Positions 47,748 through 60,500 of a stretch of 64,000 bases of DNA are shown here, in pieces; within the stretch, counting starts at the first letter, position 1, and each line of letters starts with the position of its first letter. The position numbers and the translations under genes are program-made. The notes under the pieces were generated by a model. It ran no database searches and had not been told where the DNA came from. It saw only the letters and a list, made by a program, of their open reading frames with translations. Source of the stretch: Selaginella moellendorffii (lineage: Eukaryota; Plantae; Lycopodiophyta); NCBI RefSeq assembly GCF_000143415.4, contig NW_003314365.1, forward strand, positions 263,902 through 327,901, written 5' to 3'.

Positions 47748-48366
47748 CTAATCGATCACTAGAAAATGGTTGTCTTGTTGCTCCCCCTGCGCCTTTTTCC
47801 TCTTCTTGTCGGGCAGCTCGTGCGACGCTGCCTTGAGCGCCGTGGCCACATCCTCATTCCTGCGCGCTGCTTGCAAACGAACACGAGTAGTAACACAAGC
47901 CCCGCAGTAACAGCACAACAGCTTACCAGCCAGGATAACATCGTCCATGTTGATCGACTTTCGACCGGCGTGATGCGCAAACAGTTGGAGCTCCTTGCCT
48001 AGCTGTTCTGGAAATGTGGGAAACACACACACACACACACAAAAAAGTAATGAGCCTTCACACTTGCATAAATCGTACCTCACTCACTCACCGGTGAACT
48101 TGTGGGTGATGTCGCAGATGGCCGTCATCACCGGCTGGGAAACAGTCAGTCCACTCTGTCGAGCTGCAAAACCGCGATATGAGACTTGGGCACTAGCTAT
48201 AGGGCCAAACAAGTAGAGCACCTTGTGATTCAGCGACCCCAATCACAGCAATGCGAAGCCGATCACGCAACACCCGCGCCCGTGCTTGCTTCACTCGATC
48301 CTCTTCCTCCACCACAGCCACCTCCTCTTCCTCCTCCTCCTCCCCCTCGACCTCTACTTCCTCCAT
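47748..48366 (-). CDS. MHF1: CENP-S/MHF1 histone-fold protein
   Basis: LRDRLRIAVI, VSQPVMTAICDITHKFT and QLGKELQLFAHHAGRKSINMDDVILA|ARRNE. Confidence 0.93.
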
Positions 48367-48475
48367 ATTATCTTCGCGCAAAAATAAAAAAGAAAAGAAG
48401 TCTCCTTCCCCTCTCTCCGGGATAGATATCTCCTTTCCCCGGGTCCGGGATAGTGTCACCCGCGTTGCATGTTCG

Positions 48476-49760
48476 CTAGGTGTCCACACAGTCGAGCTCG
48501 CTCGTCACCTCGTCCAGGCAGGCAATGGTGGCCACGGTTGCGGCACTGCCAATGACGCTCGTCTGGATGTCCTTGACGCTTATGTACTCGTCCATCATGG
48601 TGTAATAGCGGCACTTGTCCGGCCTCTCGTTCACCTCACCGGCACCGCTGCTGGCACCGGTGTTGGTGGTGGTACTCGCGGTGTTAGTGTTGTTGTTAGA
48701 ATTGTTGGTGGAGGCAGCCTTGTAGTCGGTCACCAGCGTCTTCCACTTCTTCCTACACGCCTCGGGCTCCTTGTCAAAATCCGGGCACGACGCGACCAGC
48801 TTTGTGTAGACCTGCCTCCACAGATCCACGCCCTGCTTGGGCGGCTTGCTAAACTCCTCTTGCATCCCACCCCGGACTTGGATGAGCTGCATCACCCAGT
48901 GGTCCTTCCAGCGCGGCCGCTTCCCCCGCTCCTCTCGACCACCCGCATCCTGCTCCTCCTTGATTGTCGACGCTGCAGCTGCCGGATTGGAAGCTCTTTT
49001 CCTCTTGCTGCTGCTGCTGCTGCCGTTGCTCTTTGGTGGCTGCATCACCAGGGGATCAGTCTTGGCCTCTGTCACGAACCACAATTAATGCGCGGGCAGA
49101 ACCAAACTACGAAGTATAAGCAGTACCTCCATCCTTCCTCGGCCGCAACGGCGGCAGCCTGGGTTTCGGACGCTCCTGGCTCTGCTGTGGCTGCTGCTGC
49201 TGCTGCTGCTGCTGAATGAGGCATGACGTCCAGCCCGACAGGTCCACATGCTCCGGCTCACGCTTCTGCGGCTGCCGATCTCTCTGCTGCTGCTGCTGCT
49301 GCTGATGGTGCTGGTGCTGGTGCTGTTGATGCTGCTCCTGCGAGCAGGGAAGTAAAGGCGGCCAGCCACAGCCGGGCACAAAGTCGGGGAACACCCAGGC
49401 AGCAGCAGCGGGAGTGTCGGGCCTCTGGAGCACGGGCATCTTCCACGACGACGACGTACAGTTTGTGTTTGACGTACCAGCACATCCGGGCTCGGCCGCA
49501 AAGCGGGCCGCCATTTGGTGCTGCATCGCAATGTTGCGCGCTTCCAGCCGCACCCTCACCTCGTCCCGGATCTTCCTCGTCTCGTCGAACAGCCAGCGCT
49601 GCTCCTCCCGCAGAAACTGCCGCTCCTCCGCGTCCGCTGTGGCCGCGAGCTTCATCCTCCCCTCCCAGATGAGCGCCTTCACCTCGCGGATCTCCATTTT
49701 CAGCCTCTCCACCTCCTCCTCCACCGCCTCGTGCGGCGCCATGCAGCCGTTAGCGACCAT
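48476..49760 (-). CDS. Trihelix (Myb/SANT-like) transcription factor with N-terminal coiled coil and polyQ, 2 exons
   Basis: RPRWKDHWVMQLIQVR...LWRQVY...EACRKKWKTLVTDYK...CRYYTMMDEY. A GT-AG intron at ~49070-49126 joins RKDG|EAKT in frame. Confidence 0.85.
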
Positions 49761-49834
49761 CGCCGAGGAGGAGCCCCCAGGGTTAGGGCAAGCAGCGCTT
49801 TATACTTGTCAAGACAGACGAGCCACTATAAACT

Positions 49835-52279
49835 TTAATGCATCCTCCTCGACTGCTCGCCCAGCTTGAGCAGACACTCCCATATCTTGTGTCTGATGGA
49901 CAGAGGCACGCTCTCCAGCTTAGAAAACTCCCCCAAGAGCGCAACATAGGACGGGCAGTCGAGCTTCTCCCGGGCATTTTCACAGTCGAGCAGCCTTCCC
50001 AGTAAACTACAGGCCGCGCTCACACCGCTACCATCGTCCTCGTCTATAAACAAACCAAGGCAGGCATACGTAACTCGAAAACAAGGAAGGCCATATCATA
50101 GCTACGAACCTGCCGTTTCCACTCGAAGTAGAGACTTAAGAGCAGAATCGACTCCCGCGCCTGCCATGCTCACGGCATGAGCTTCCTTGGTCGCCAGGCT
50201 CTCCAAGACGCTTGCCGCTTTGCGTCTCAAGGAGAAAGAGCCACTTGACGCAACAAGGCGAATGAGCGGCGCCGCACCACCAGCATCTACGATCTTGTCC
50301 CTGAAATCAGCCAGCTGAGCCTATAAAATATTGATCTCATGCGTATGTACCTTGGATCTGCCTTGAGCGACATGATCTCCTTGAGAACATTTTCAGCCTC
50401 AACCTTGGCCTCGTAGGTCGCATCCTCGGAGTTGACAATGTCCAAAACTCCCCGAGCGACGCTTCCAGACCGGACCTGCATCCAAATCTCTGAGGTGAGC
50501 CGTGAGCGAGTACAAAGCGCACCGTGGTAGCCTCCACCTCCTCCTGCGTTTGAGACAAGCGTACCAGAGCTCCAACAATCTGCAAACGCATCACATGGCA
50601 AAACTAGTAGACAGGCGCTGAAGATGCAACCTTACCTTTTCTTGGAGGGACTCCGGAACATCGGGTGTTTTCAAAACCGAGACGAGGGCCGGAATAGCAC
50701 CGAAGGCATTGATAGCTCTCCTCACTTTCTGGCTATATCAAATTGCCAGCATCAGGAAACCATCCACGCGAAAGAACAGGAAGGACGAGTCACCTTATTG
50801 AAAGCTTTTCGATGGCGGTTGCTGCAGCCCCCATTGCAGTCTCGTCGCCACTTCCCAGAAGATAAACCAAGTGAGGAACTGCGCCAGCCTTGGCGAGCTT
50901 TCGTCTGTAGTCTTCGGTTATAGCCACCTCCCCTATAGCCCGGGCACCTTGCATGGCATAAGACACGTCCTCGAGGCCGAGAATAAGGACCAAACGCGGG
51001 ATAGCATCCCACCAGGGCAATACCGTCGAACTCTGAGCTTCACTTTTGGGCTTGTTGTCGCCGCCGGCTGGAGTCTCTACTAAGCCCACCCTCTTCAGAA
51101 AGTTTAGCCTGCTGCGGCCTTCCATTGCCAGTTGCGTTGCTTCGTCCACACTCTGCTGGCTACTGATATGCAGTCCCAAAAGGAGATCTCCAGCCCCGAA
51201 TGGAGACTCTTGCGATCCAAGTGGGTGCTCCAGGGTCACCTGTTCCGGAACTTTGGGAGCTCCCACGCCAGTAGCCTTGAGAGACTTGTAAGCGTCAGCT
51301 CCAACCAGCGGGACAAACATCAAGCCTTGGTCTATTGTGGCCATTTTCGCGTCCGGATTCTTTGCAAGTCTCAGCAGTGCGTTCCTAGCCTCCAGCCGAG
51401 CAACTTTGGACACCTTCTGAAAGTCCGCTTTCAAGATATTGGCCTGGCGGCGATAGCACACTGTGAGTGAAATGTGAAAACGAGACAGAAGACATGCCTA
51501 CCAGCTTTGGAATAACACCCGCGCCTAGCAGCAAGCTCTGGATGCCTTCCGAAAGCGAGAGCTTGGCAATTATCCCAGCAGCTGCATTCTGTTCGCCCTG
51601 TAGCTCCGAATCTAGCATGAGAACTACTGCAGCTAGCAACTCGGGGTTGGCTATTTTTTCCCGCAGCCCTGGCTCCGCCGCCAGATTCAGCAGCACATTT
51701 GCAGCTTGGTCTCTCACCTGAGACGAGATTGATGAAAACGGGAGAGACACAGAAGTAGAGAGCTACCTCGGGTGGTGGACTCTTCCGCGTTAGCAAGCCC
51801 GTAATCTCTTGTATGGCACCAGCCTGAGCAACCAAGGAGCCATAAGGTTGTACAGCCGAGACCTCACGAAGAAGCCCAGAGGCTGCTTCAGAGGCAGCAT
51901 GAGAGCCCGAGGTAACGAGTGAAACCACCAAATCCAGGCACCCGGGGCAGCTCACAATCTCCTCCACGCTCTCCTTGCCACCTTCTGATTGCCTCCACAG
52001 CTCGTCCACTGCCTCCTCTCGCTTGTCCAGGGGATTGTCCAGCCCCAGCAATCGTACGAGCTGCGGCACGGGCGAATCACCATGGCCCTGCATTCGTTTG
52101 GTGGTGAGTGGAGGGCGCGCTACTTTGAGAAAGACGATCGGCCGTACCTCGGAAGGAAAGGCGGGGGAGGCCCGCAAGCGGAGCCTGGTGGTGCCTGACT
52201 TTGTGACCGTGGGCGTGGGCAATGGAGGAAGCCGCGCGGGCACTCCCGCGGCATGCCATAGCCATGGCAAGCACGACAT
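49835..52279 (-). CDS. Armadillo-repeat protein with a putative plastid transit peptide (multi-exon)
   Basis: VRLLGLDNPLDKREEAVDELW, AGAIQEITGLL, AGVIPKL, AIPRLVLILGLED and AGAVPHLVYLLGS. Confidence 0.88.
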
Positions 52280-52351
52280 CACCTAAAGCCCTAGGTGCTT
52301 TCCTCGCTTACACGGATTTAAGAGATCCTCCAGAGCATGAATGATCTATAG

Positions 52352-52807
52352 CTAGCTGGCGAGCTTGAATGCGTCGATGAAGAGGCCATACGTGAAGCCC
52401 ATCTTGAAATTGTTGAGGAGCGCTACCCCGAGGGACGGGCGCTGGCGGGTGAAGTAGAAGCGGGTCATGTACTCGGTGAGGAGCACGCACAGCGCCGACG
52501 CGATGACATCGTTGACACCCACCGCCCCAAACGACAGGGAGATTGTCTGTGCCACGAAGAAGCCGCCCAGCAGTGATATGCCTCCAAACAGGGCTCTCCT
52601 CCAGGGGCTCCTGAAGTAGTTTGTAGCCGCACCCGGGACGCGCCCGACCAAGTCTAGCAGCCTTTGCCGACGACGCTTGCCTCCACCCTCATCTACTGCT
52701 GCTGCCGCCACTCCATTCCTCCCAATTCTCCTCCTCGTGGCCGAGGCCGCGGCCGCGGCCGCCACTCCCGCCGCGCCCGCCACCGCCGGCGCCCACAGGA
52801 TCGCCAT
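52352..52807 (-). CDS. ycf20: Ycf20-like protein (DUF565), nuclear-encoded, intronless
   Basis: SPWRRALFGGISLLGGFFVAQTISLSFGAVGVND...LLNNFKMGFTYGLFIDAFKLAS. Confidence 0.93.
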   Translation of the reverse strand: MAILWAPAVAGAAGVAAAAAASATRRRIGRNGVAAAAVDEGGGKRRRQRLLDLVGRVPGAATNYFRSPWRRALFGGISLLGGFFVAQTISLSFGAVGVNDVIASALCVLLTEYMTRFYFTRQRPSLGVALLNNFKMGFTYGLFIDAFKLAS

Positions 52808-52887
52808 CTCTCCAGCCGCAAGCAAACCCTAGCGCAGGCACTCGTTCACGTCCTAACTACCGGACAGGCCCTAAACGCTTTCGCGCC

Positions 52888-54223
52888 ATGACGACGAACA
52901 ACAAGGTGGATAGAGTTGTTGGCATCGATCTGGATGGCGTCCTCTTGCACCTCTTCCCGACGCCGCACGGGAATGTGGGTACATTCTTTGTTGCAAACGG
53001 CCTCATCTCATGCTCATATCACATTGTCTAGATGTTTGCAATGAGCGAAATAGCTGTGTCGCTGTTCAAGGAGAACCCAGGAGCATTTGGCAAGGTTGGT
53101 CTCTCTCTTCACGACAGCTCGCCACACCCAGTCCAATCACGCTTTCAATCGATTGACCAGGAGCTGAGATCAGGCAGGTACAGCAGAGTCCAGACGAAGG
53201 AGAAGGGGCTCATCAGGCTGCTGGATGAACACGAAATCCCCCCCGAATCAGCCACAATCAAAGGAGCAACCCTCCTGTCGCCGCAGACGCTGGAAGAGAT
53301 CCTCCACAACAGGAGACGAGTAACCTCCTGCAACCTCTTGTATAGTTTCCACAGTGTGAATTCCTCCCCTTTCTTTCTTCAAGGGCCAACTGTTTGGAAC
53401 TTAGGAAGATCTGGTTGCAACGCTGCAAGTGAACCTGCTGAGGATGATAACCGAGGAAGCTGTCCAGCTTATCGGCGAGCTGCAGTACGAGGAAGCACTG
53501 CCGCTTGCAATGGACGCTGTCCAGATCGGGCAGAAGCTCTTTTATCCGCGCCACACTCCTCAGCTCGTCCCTCTCTACCTCATGGCCATCCAGGTAACAT
53601 CGTCACGGAGCTGGATACATCTCTGACAAGTGCTTGTATTATATTCCAGGCCAATCTGGGTCTTGAGCGGGTGATGCAGAGCGAGGACCTGCTGGGGCTG
53701 GCTGCATGGCTACTCCTCCAGGACAAATCCGGAGCGCGTCACAACGCCATGCGAGCAGAGCTAGGGCGGCTCTACGGGCAGCTGCATGTTATCAAGGTTA
53801 CCACAAAAGGTGGCGAGTATTTGACCAACTTGTCGCGTGCAGGGGAATGTGGACGAAGCCCTCAAAGCATACTCCGAGGAGATTTACTACAACTCTCTTG
53901 AGTATGGCGTCTATGACACCCACACCAGCGTTAGTTTCTTCCACCTCGGCCAAGTCCATCGCTCCCTGGTGGGTGTTTAAATCCAAATCCAGCTCTGCAA
54001 TCCAAGATGGCCGAATTTTATGTGCCCAGGGGCGAACGCGCGACCATATGGCCTGTTGCGATCTCGTCATCGAGTCGTGGCTTCCCAAGCTCAAAGAGTT
54101 AGTGTTTGATCCTTCCCATGTCCACGGGTGTGGCCTCAAGCCCGACACTGACCGTGTCCACGTCGAGTGCACCTCTCCACTGGCTCATGTCCATTCGCAC
54201 GAGATGACCAAGCTCCTCCAGGT

Positions 54224-54262
<39 letters not shown>

Positions 54263-54510
54263 CGGTGGTACAAATGAGCACCGGGCTTGGATCGTGAATT
54301 CAGGAGATAAGCCAGCAGCGAGCAGAGTCATACGGGCCACACCACGTCCGGGTTGGCGAGGCGTTCATGGCGCAGGGCCTCCTTCACCTGTACAACCACC
54401 GGAGCAGCCTGGCAATGGCGGCGCTAGAGCACGCGAGCTCGGTGGTGAGAGACAAGGACCAAGCGCTCTTCCAGCTCTGCCTCGAGGCAATCCGGATGCT
54501 CCAAACTTAA
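52888..54510 (+). CDS. ZMYND12: ZMYND12-like TPR protein (inner dynein arm associated) lacking the MYND finger, multi-exon
   Basis: YEEALPLAM...QLVPLYLMAIQ|ANLGLERVMQSEDLLGLAAW...AELGRLYGQL...EEIYYNSLEYGVYDTHTSVSFFHLG matches the ZMYND12 TPR region by eye. Confidence 0.75.
54225..54260. repeat. (CT)n microsatellite in an intron
   Basis: Direct observation. Confidence 0.9.
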
Positions 54511-54567
54511 AATGCCATGACACACTTAAAAATATTTAAGGGTGTCCTCCGGTCGGTTAGGTCACAG

Positions 54568-57500
54568 ATGGCGGGCGACAGCCGCATTGCGTGGTTCAAG
54601 GCCAAGGTATGCGCAGGCCTGGAACTGGACGATGGCATGTTCCAAGACTACCAGGGGGAGTCGAGGAGGATGGGTGGTTTGCTCCAGTTCCTCGACGGCC
54701 CTGCGCCCCTGGTGCTCTTTTACGTGGGCACGCAGCCCAGCCCCGACGGCGAGCAGGACATGGAGGTGCTGCTGTCGTCGAGCAGCACCAGCGGCGTACT
54801 CCCCCAGGATGCCACCTCCGACGTGGTCATGTACTTCGTCAAGTCGCTCACGCCGGGCCCCGTGCTGCCAGGCGCCATCGCCTCGAGCTTCGAGTTTGGC
54901 ACGCTTCCCATGGGGCCTTCCCTGGCAACACTGGAGCAGGCAAGAGCCCTTCCCCCTCGCCTCTCTCACTCCCTTGTTCCTTGCTTTGGCCCTTGCAGCT
55001 GCTCAACCAGGTGTTTATCCCCGTGCTCAGCAAGGAGGCGGGGCGGGGGGAGACGCATTTCTGGGCCACCGAGGTGGCCGAGCACAGCGGAAGTGAGCTC
55101 CTCAGCAACATGCAAAGGTTCCAAACTCAGGTTTGCGTGCCGGGGAGAAAGCAGCACTTGTATGTGATCAACTCGCTTCCACTTTGCGCAGGTGTCGACC
55201 GTCAAGCAGCTCCTGATTGGTGACACGCAGCTGGCAATACCTGCGCTGCCAGTGGAAACGTTTGACAGAGCGGAGATTGACTTCGACCTCATCCTTCAGG
55301 TGCCGTGTGCTATGATAGTGCTACACTGTCCTCATTCACCTATGCATGCTTGTTTTGTCACCAGCTCGAGACTGCAGTTACGGACTGGTTGCAGGCTCTG
55401 GAAGCACTAATAGCTCGCGAGCTGAAAAAGGTAACTTCCTATATTGACAGCAGGCACTCTTGCAATGTGATTGATGCTCGCACAGGTTGTAACCGGGAAG
55501 AATCCTCTGGCAGAGCTGGAGTTTTGGCGAGACAGGAGCAGCTCGTTGAGCGGTCTCTACCAGCAGCTCAACTCTGCCAAGAGAAAAAGAGTTCTTGCTG
55601 TTTTGGAGCATGGCAACAGCAACTCGGAGCTCGTCGGGACCTATAAAGCTCGCGTAAGAGGATTGGCTGGCAGTTTCTTTCACATTGTACACTGTGGGCT
55701 GAATGTCGCAGTTTGGCGAGCTTGCCAAAATGTTTCTGGAGGCCAAAGACAATGTCAAGTTCCTCACGACACTAGAGAGGCATTTCAAGGTACTCTCCCA
55801 AGTATGTGTGATGCCGGTTAACACCAGCGTTTCAGACTATTGCTGGCGGGGCGCTGCCAAGGGTACTGGAGACAATGAATCCGATGGTGAATGCCCTTCG
55901 CATGGTCTGGATTATCTCTCGCCATTATTCGGACGACGCACGAATGGGGTCCTTGATGGAGAGAATTGCACACCAGGTATGGCCGCCAGTTGGCATGCGC
56001 GGCGAAAACAAAACTCTTTGTGTAGATTGCTGAAAAGGTTTCATCGGAAATAGACCTGAAGACACTTTTCACGGTGCCTGCTGAATCTGCGGTCTCGAAG
56101 CTTACAATCGGCAAAGCTGTGTTGGATTCATGGAGCGAAGTTTATATGCAAGTCCGTGAACGAATTGAAGTTCAGGGTCGTGATCCCAGGTACGAACCAT
56201 CTCTTTCTTTGGCTTTGGCTGGCGGGCTACACCGTCTTTGCAAGTGCAGGTGGGAGTTCGATAGAAAGAAGCTGTTTGAGCGCACAAGCTACATGGCATC
56301 CATTTGCATTGACCTCTTACATATAGTTCAAGTTTATTACGATTTTCACAACTTCCTAGGGCCAGAGCTGAAGGCCGTGACCGGTGATACTCAGGGTGTT
56401 GATGCTGTGACCCAGGTAATAGTTGAGGAATGGTTTACTTTGTTCCTACACGTGCTAACGTTGGCAACTCGTGTAAATAGAAAGTTGCTGCGATGATAGA
56501 GCCCGTGGAAAAGCTTGCATTTGACGTGTTTGACAAAGCCTTCGCATTGCAATGGTCGGCCACAGTCTCAAACTTCAATATTGAGAAAGAAAATATTGAG
56601 CATCTTACGAAAGCATTTATTGACACTTCCTTCAAGAAGCTGCGCAGTGCTGAAGGTGTGGTTCTTCCTATTTTCTTTTCTTTTCTTTTCTTTTCGTTTT
56701 TTTTTTCTCTAAGTGAGCTCTTTCTGTATAGGCGCTTTGGAGTTGCTTCGGAGTTTCAAAAACATCAAGAGCGAAGGGACCATCAACAAGCAGATGATGG
56801 ATAAATTCAATGACATAATTATTCAAGTATTCACGCAGCTATCTCTGTAAGATAATAAGTCTTATTGTCTAGTTTCCCACGATTGATTACTTACCCCATT
56901 CATGGTTAATGCAGTTCACCAAGGAGATTGAAAGTGCACGAGAAATTTTTGACCGGCTCTCGTCTACCCCTCCAAGAACTCGGAACCAAGTACTTTTCTG
57001 TCGTTTGACCGTTGCTTAAACACCTAGTGGCTGACACCTTTGTGCCTACAGCCTCCGGTTGCAGGTTCGATAAACTGGGCGAGGTCTCTCTTTGGACGTT
57101 TACGCAAAACAATGCGGAAATTCGAAACAGGTGGCACGGATATCGTTCAAGCTGCATCAGGGCTGGAGGTTGGTTGTCGTGGTATATCCTTTGTCTTAGC
57201 CATGTTTTAACAGATGGAAATACATTATCGAGCGTTTGCAAAGCAAATGATGTATTTTGAGAAGCAATGGATAACGAAGTGGGCGGATTCCGTCAACCAC
57301 CACGCATCGGTATACATGAAACAGGTACGCCAAAAACCGAAGGCTGAGCTTCATGCAGTGAGGCTTTTGCAGTCCATATTGAGCAAGGGCCCGATAGGGA
57401 ATGTCTCTATCAATTTTCATCCAAATCTTGTTCAAATCATTAGAGAGGCGAAGTATCTGGACGCAATGGGTTTTCAGCTTCCCGAAGTGGCGCTGAATGT

Positions 57501-60500
57501 AGCACTCCAGGAAGAAAAGTTTCAAACGTGCATCGAGAGCCTTCAGAATATGTTGCAGGTACCGGATTTTAATCTGGGATTGTGCAGCATTTAAAGAAAA
57601 TCTTTCCTTCCAGAGGTACCATAATGTCCTGGAGATGTTGACGCCAGTGGAGTCGAAGCTTTTGGCAATTCGTGTGGATAAACTGCAGCATGTGCTTGAT
57701 CCTGGCTACAACCAGCTAAACTGGAACTCGTTGGGCATTCCGGAATTTGTGGGGGCGTGCATGAAATCAGTCTACGAATTTAAGTCCATAGTAACCCAGG
57801 TAAACAAGTCACCTTGACAGTCTCAGTCATGTTCCTTTGTCTTGTCGAACCTGTTTACAGGTTCAAAACAACTCGGCTAGCATCGAGAAAGCCATAGAAA
57901 CCATTGCCAAAACAAAGCTTTTGAACTTACCATCTGCCACTGGGGATGTCGAAAGCATGGAATTTCAGGTTCTAGTTTGACATATGGTTGCTGCAAAAAT
58001 GTTATAGCGTGCACCTTTGTGCAGGAGATGTACGATTATATTGAAGAGCAGAGACTTAAGTCCGAGGAGAACGCACTAAAACAGTGAGTGTTAGATCTGA
58101 CAGAATTTACAAGTTTTTAGCGTTTACGTTACAGGTACCAAGGGATCTCTCCTCTTCTGAAAAAACTGGAAGAAGTGGTGGTAGCAACAAACACGGGATC
58201 ATCACCTGCGTTGATTGACTACTATAGTTTCTGGGAGCGAAAAATCTTCAAGGCTCTCAACCAGATGGTGATCGGTGGGCTAGATGCTCTTAAAGCTCTC
58301 TATCAGAAGGTTCCTACTGTAAAGGTACATGCTCCAAGTTCTTCTGGGTAGCCGTGTGATTATTGTGATGCAGGTTTCAAGCAGTAAGAAACCGGATTTT
58401 ATACGCTATTTTAAACTGAACTGCTACTTAAATATCCCGGACATAGTTGTGCAGCCAAGCTTGACTGAGCTGACCAAGCTGCTTACAAATATGGTATGCG
58501 TTTCGAAGTAACAATTGGGTGTGCGTTGTGACGTAACCCGCCTTGTATCAGGTACGGAGTATCGTTGACTCGGCAAAGCCATTTATCAGGTGGATGGATG
58601 GGACTTGTTTGGAGACACCCGAGCAGGTTCGCATCTGGAAAATGATTATAGTTTCCTTGAATCAGTTCAATGCAAACAGAGAGTTGGCAGTGAAGATGCG
58701 GAGCCTTTTATCTTTTCATTCTACAGCGACGTCTCGCTTAATCCCAAGGTGCGTTTCGCCACTCTGTTTAGTTAGCTCAAGAGGCTTCTCATACATTGCA
58801 GATCATAACATCCATGCTCACGTTAAATACTTGCATCGACAAAGTCTTGACTGGAGCGCACAAGTAAATTGCCATCTTTAAGCGGCATTTCACCTTTGGT
58901 TGTTCGTCAGACATTTGGATCACTGGAGAAAGTTTCAACACCTATGGAGGCAAGATAAACTCACCATTATTGGAAAGTTTGCGTCCAAGAATCCAACTTG
59001 TGCAAAATTCGAAGAAAAGCTTGCTAAGTATTACAAGGTAATGCATTTTTACCCTTATTGTGGCTTAGATGATTTTTGCAGGTTGCAACCGACATCTTAG
59101 AGCTTCCTAAAGAGAAAGCTGTGGAGTTTCTCGTATTTAACAGCCACCAGTTGGCGGCTTCTATCAATCAAGTAGCTCTTGGATGGGTCCAAGCTATTGG
59201 GAATGAAATGTCGAACTGTGAAAAGCCCCGAGTGACTGAACTCCACGCAAAGATTGACTACCTGTTCAATACTTTACACCTGGTATAACACCACTTTTGC
59301 TTCCTAGTTTTTATCGAGATTGTTTCCGCAGCCTCCAGAGACCTTGGAGACTCTGAAAATGGTCCTGAATGTGGTTGCGGAAGTCCAGAGTTCAGGCATG
59401 GTCATGGAGTTAGAGTATGTGATTGCATCTTGGTTGATGTGATCAGGCAATGTCCTTGTCAAACACAGATACATGGACCTGGAAGAAAGAAACAGAACGC
59501 GGGAACTTTTTGGACTACACAACGATCCAGAAGAAAAGTCACGTATTTTAAGTATCAGAGAGAGGTAATGTTTTGTAATTTATAATCATTATTTATTTGC
59601 AATTTTACTCCTTACCAGATGGCTAACCTTGGAGAAAGAGTGTTCTCTGCTAAACATTTCCTTGCAAGAAATCAAACTGAAGTTCACTGAGACCACAAAG
59701 AAACAGGTATCAGCGCACTTCTGTTTTTAAATGCATCTCTCCTGCTTTTATGATTTCAGGTTGTTGAGTTTGCCAAGGAAGTCTCAGGATTTCGTGATCA
59801 GGCAGTACAACGAGGTCCGGCAAAAGCTCCGGACCTAGATGTTGGAGTGGAACTAATGGAGACCGCGCATGTATTGTCTCAAGTTCGAAATGGTGAATTT
59901 GTCTCATCGCGGTTTTTCAGGCCGAGTTGCTGAGGCTCCAGGGAAATAGGGAACAACTTGTCCTAGCTCAAAAGCTGTTTGACTTGCCTATAACACCATA
60001 CCCTCTTTTAGCCGAGGTATCATTTGCTGCTATTATGGCACACTACACACTTGTTCTTTGTGACTGAAGGTGGAGACACTGTTGAAAAGCCTTTCACAAA
60101 TCTATACAGTCTACACCGATTTCAGAACAACCGTTGACAATTACGCTAGCACTTTATGGGTTGAACTGGATATCCAAAGGCTAGTAGCTATTACTGAAGA
60201 ATTTACTGTTCGGCTGAAGAGACTGCGTACTCTCAAAAACTTTCAACCGTATGCCCTGCTAGAAGCAAAAGTCAAGGGCTTTCAGGATTCGCTTCCGCTT
60301 ATTCAAGTAAGCTGCTGCACTTAAGGTGTTCTAATGTGCTTCTTTTTGGTGTACGTGTGTAGGACCTGAAAAGTGATGCGTTACGATCACGCCATTGGGA
60401 AAAGCTGATGGAAGTAACAGGAAAATCTTTTGACATGGATCCTAAATCATTCACACTGGCAAACCTTTTCAGAATGGAGCTACATAATTTTGCTGCTGTA

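Noticed and set aside
48251-49219. 322-aa + strand ORF
   Set aside because: Antisense to MHF1 and the trihelix gene; low-complexity shadow.
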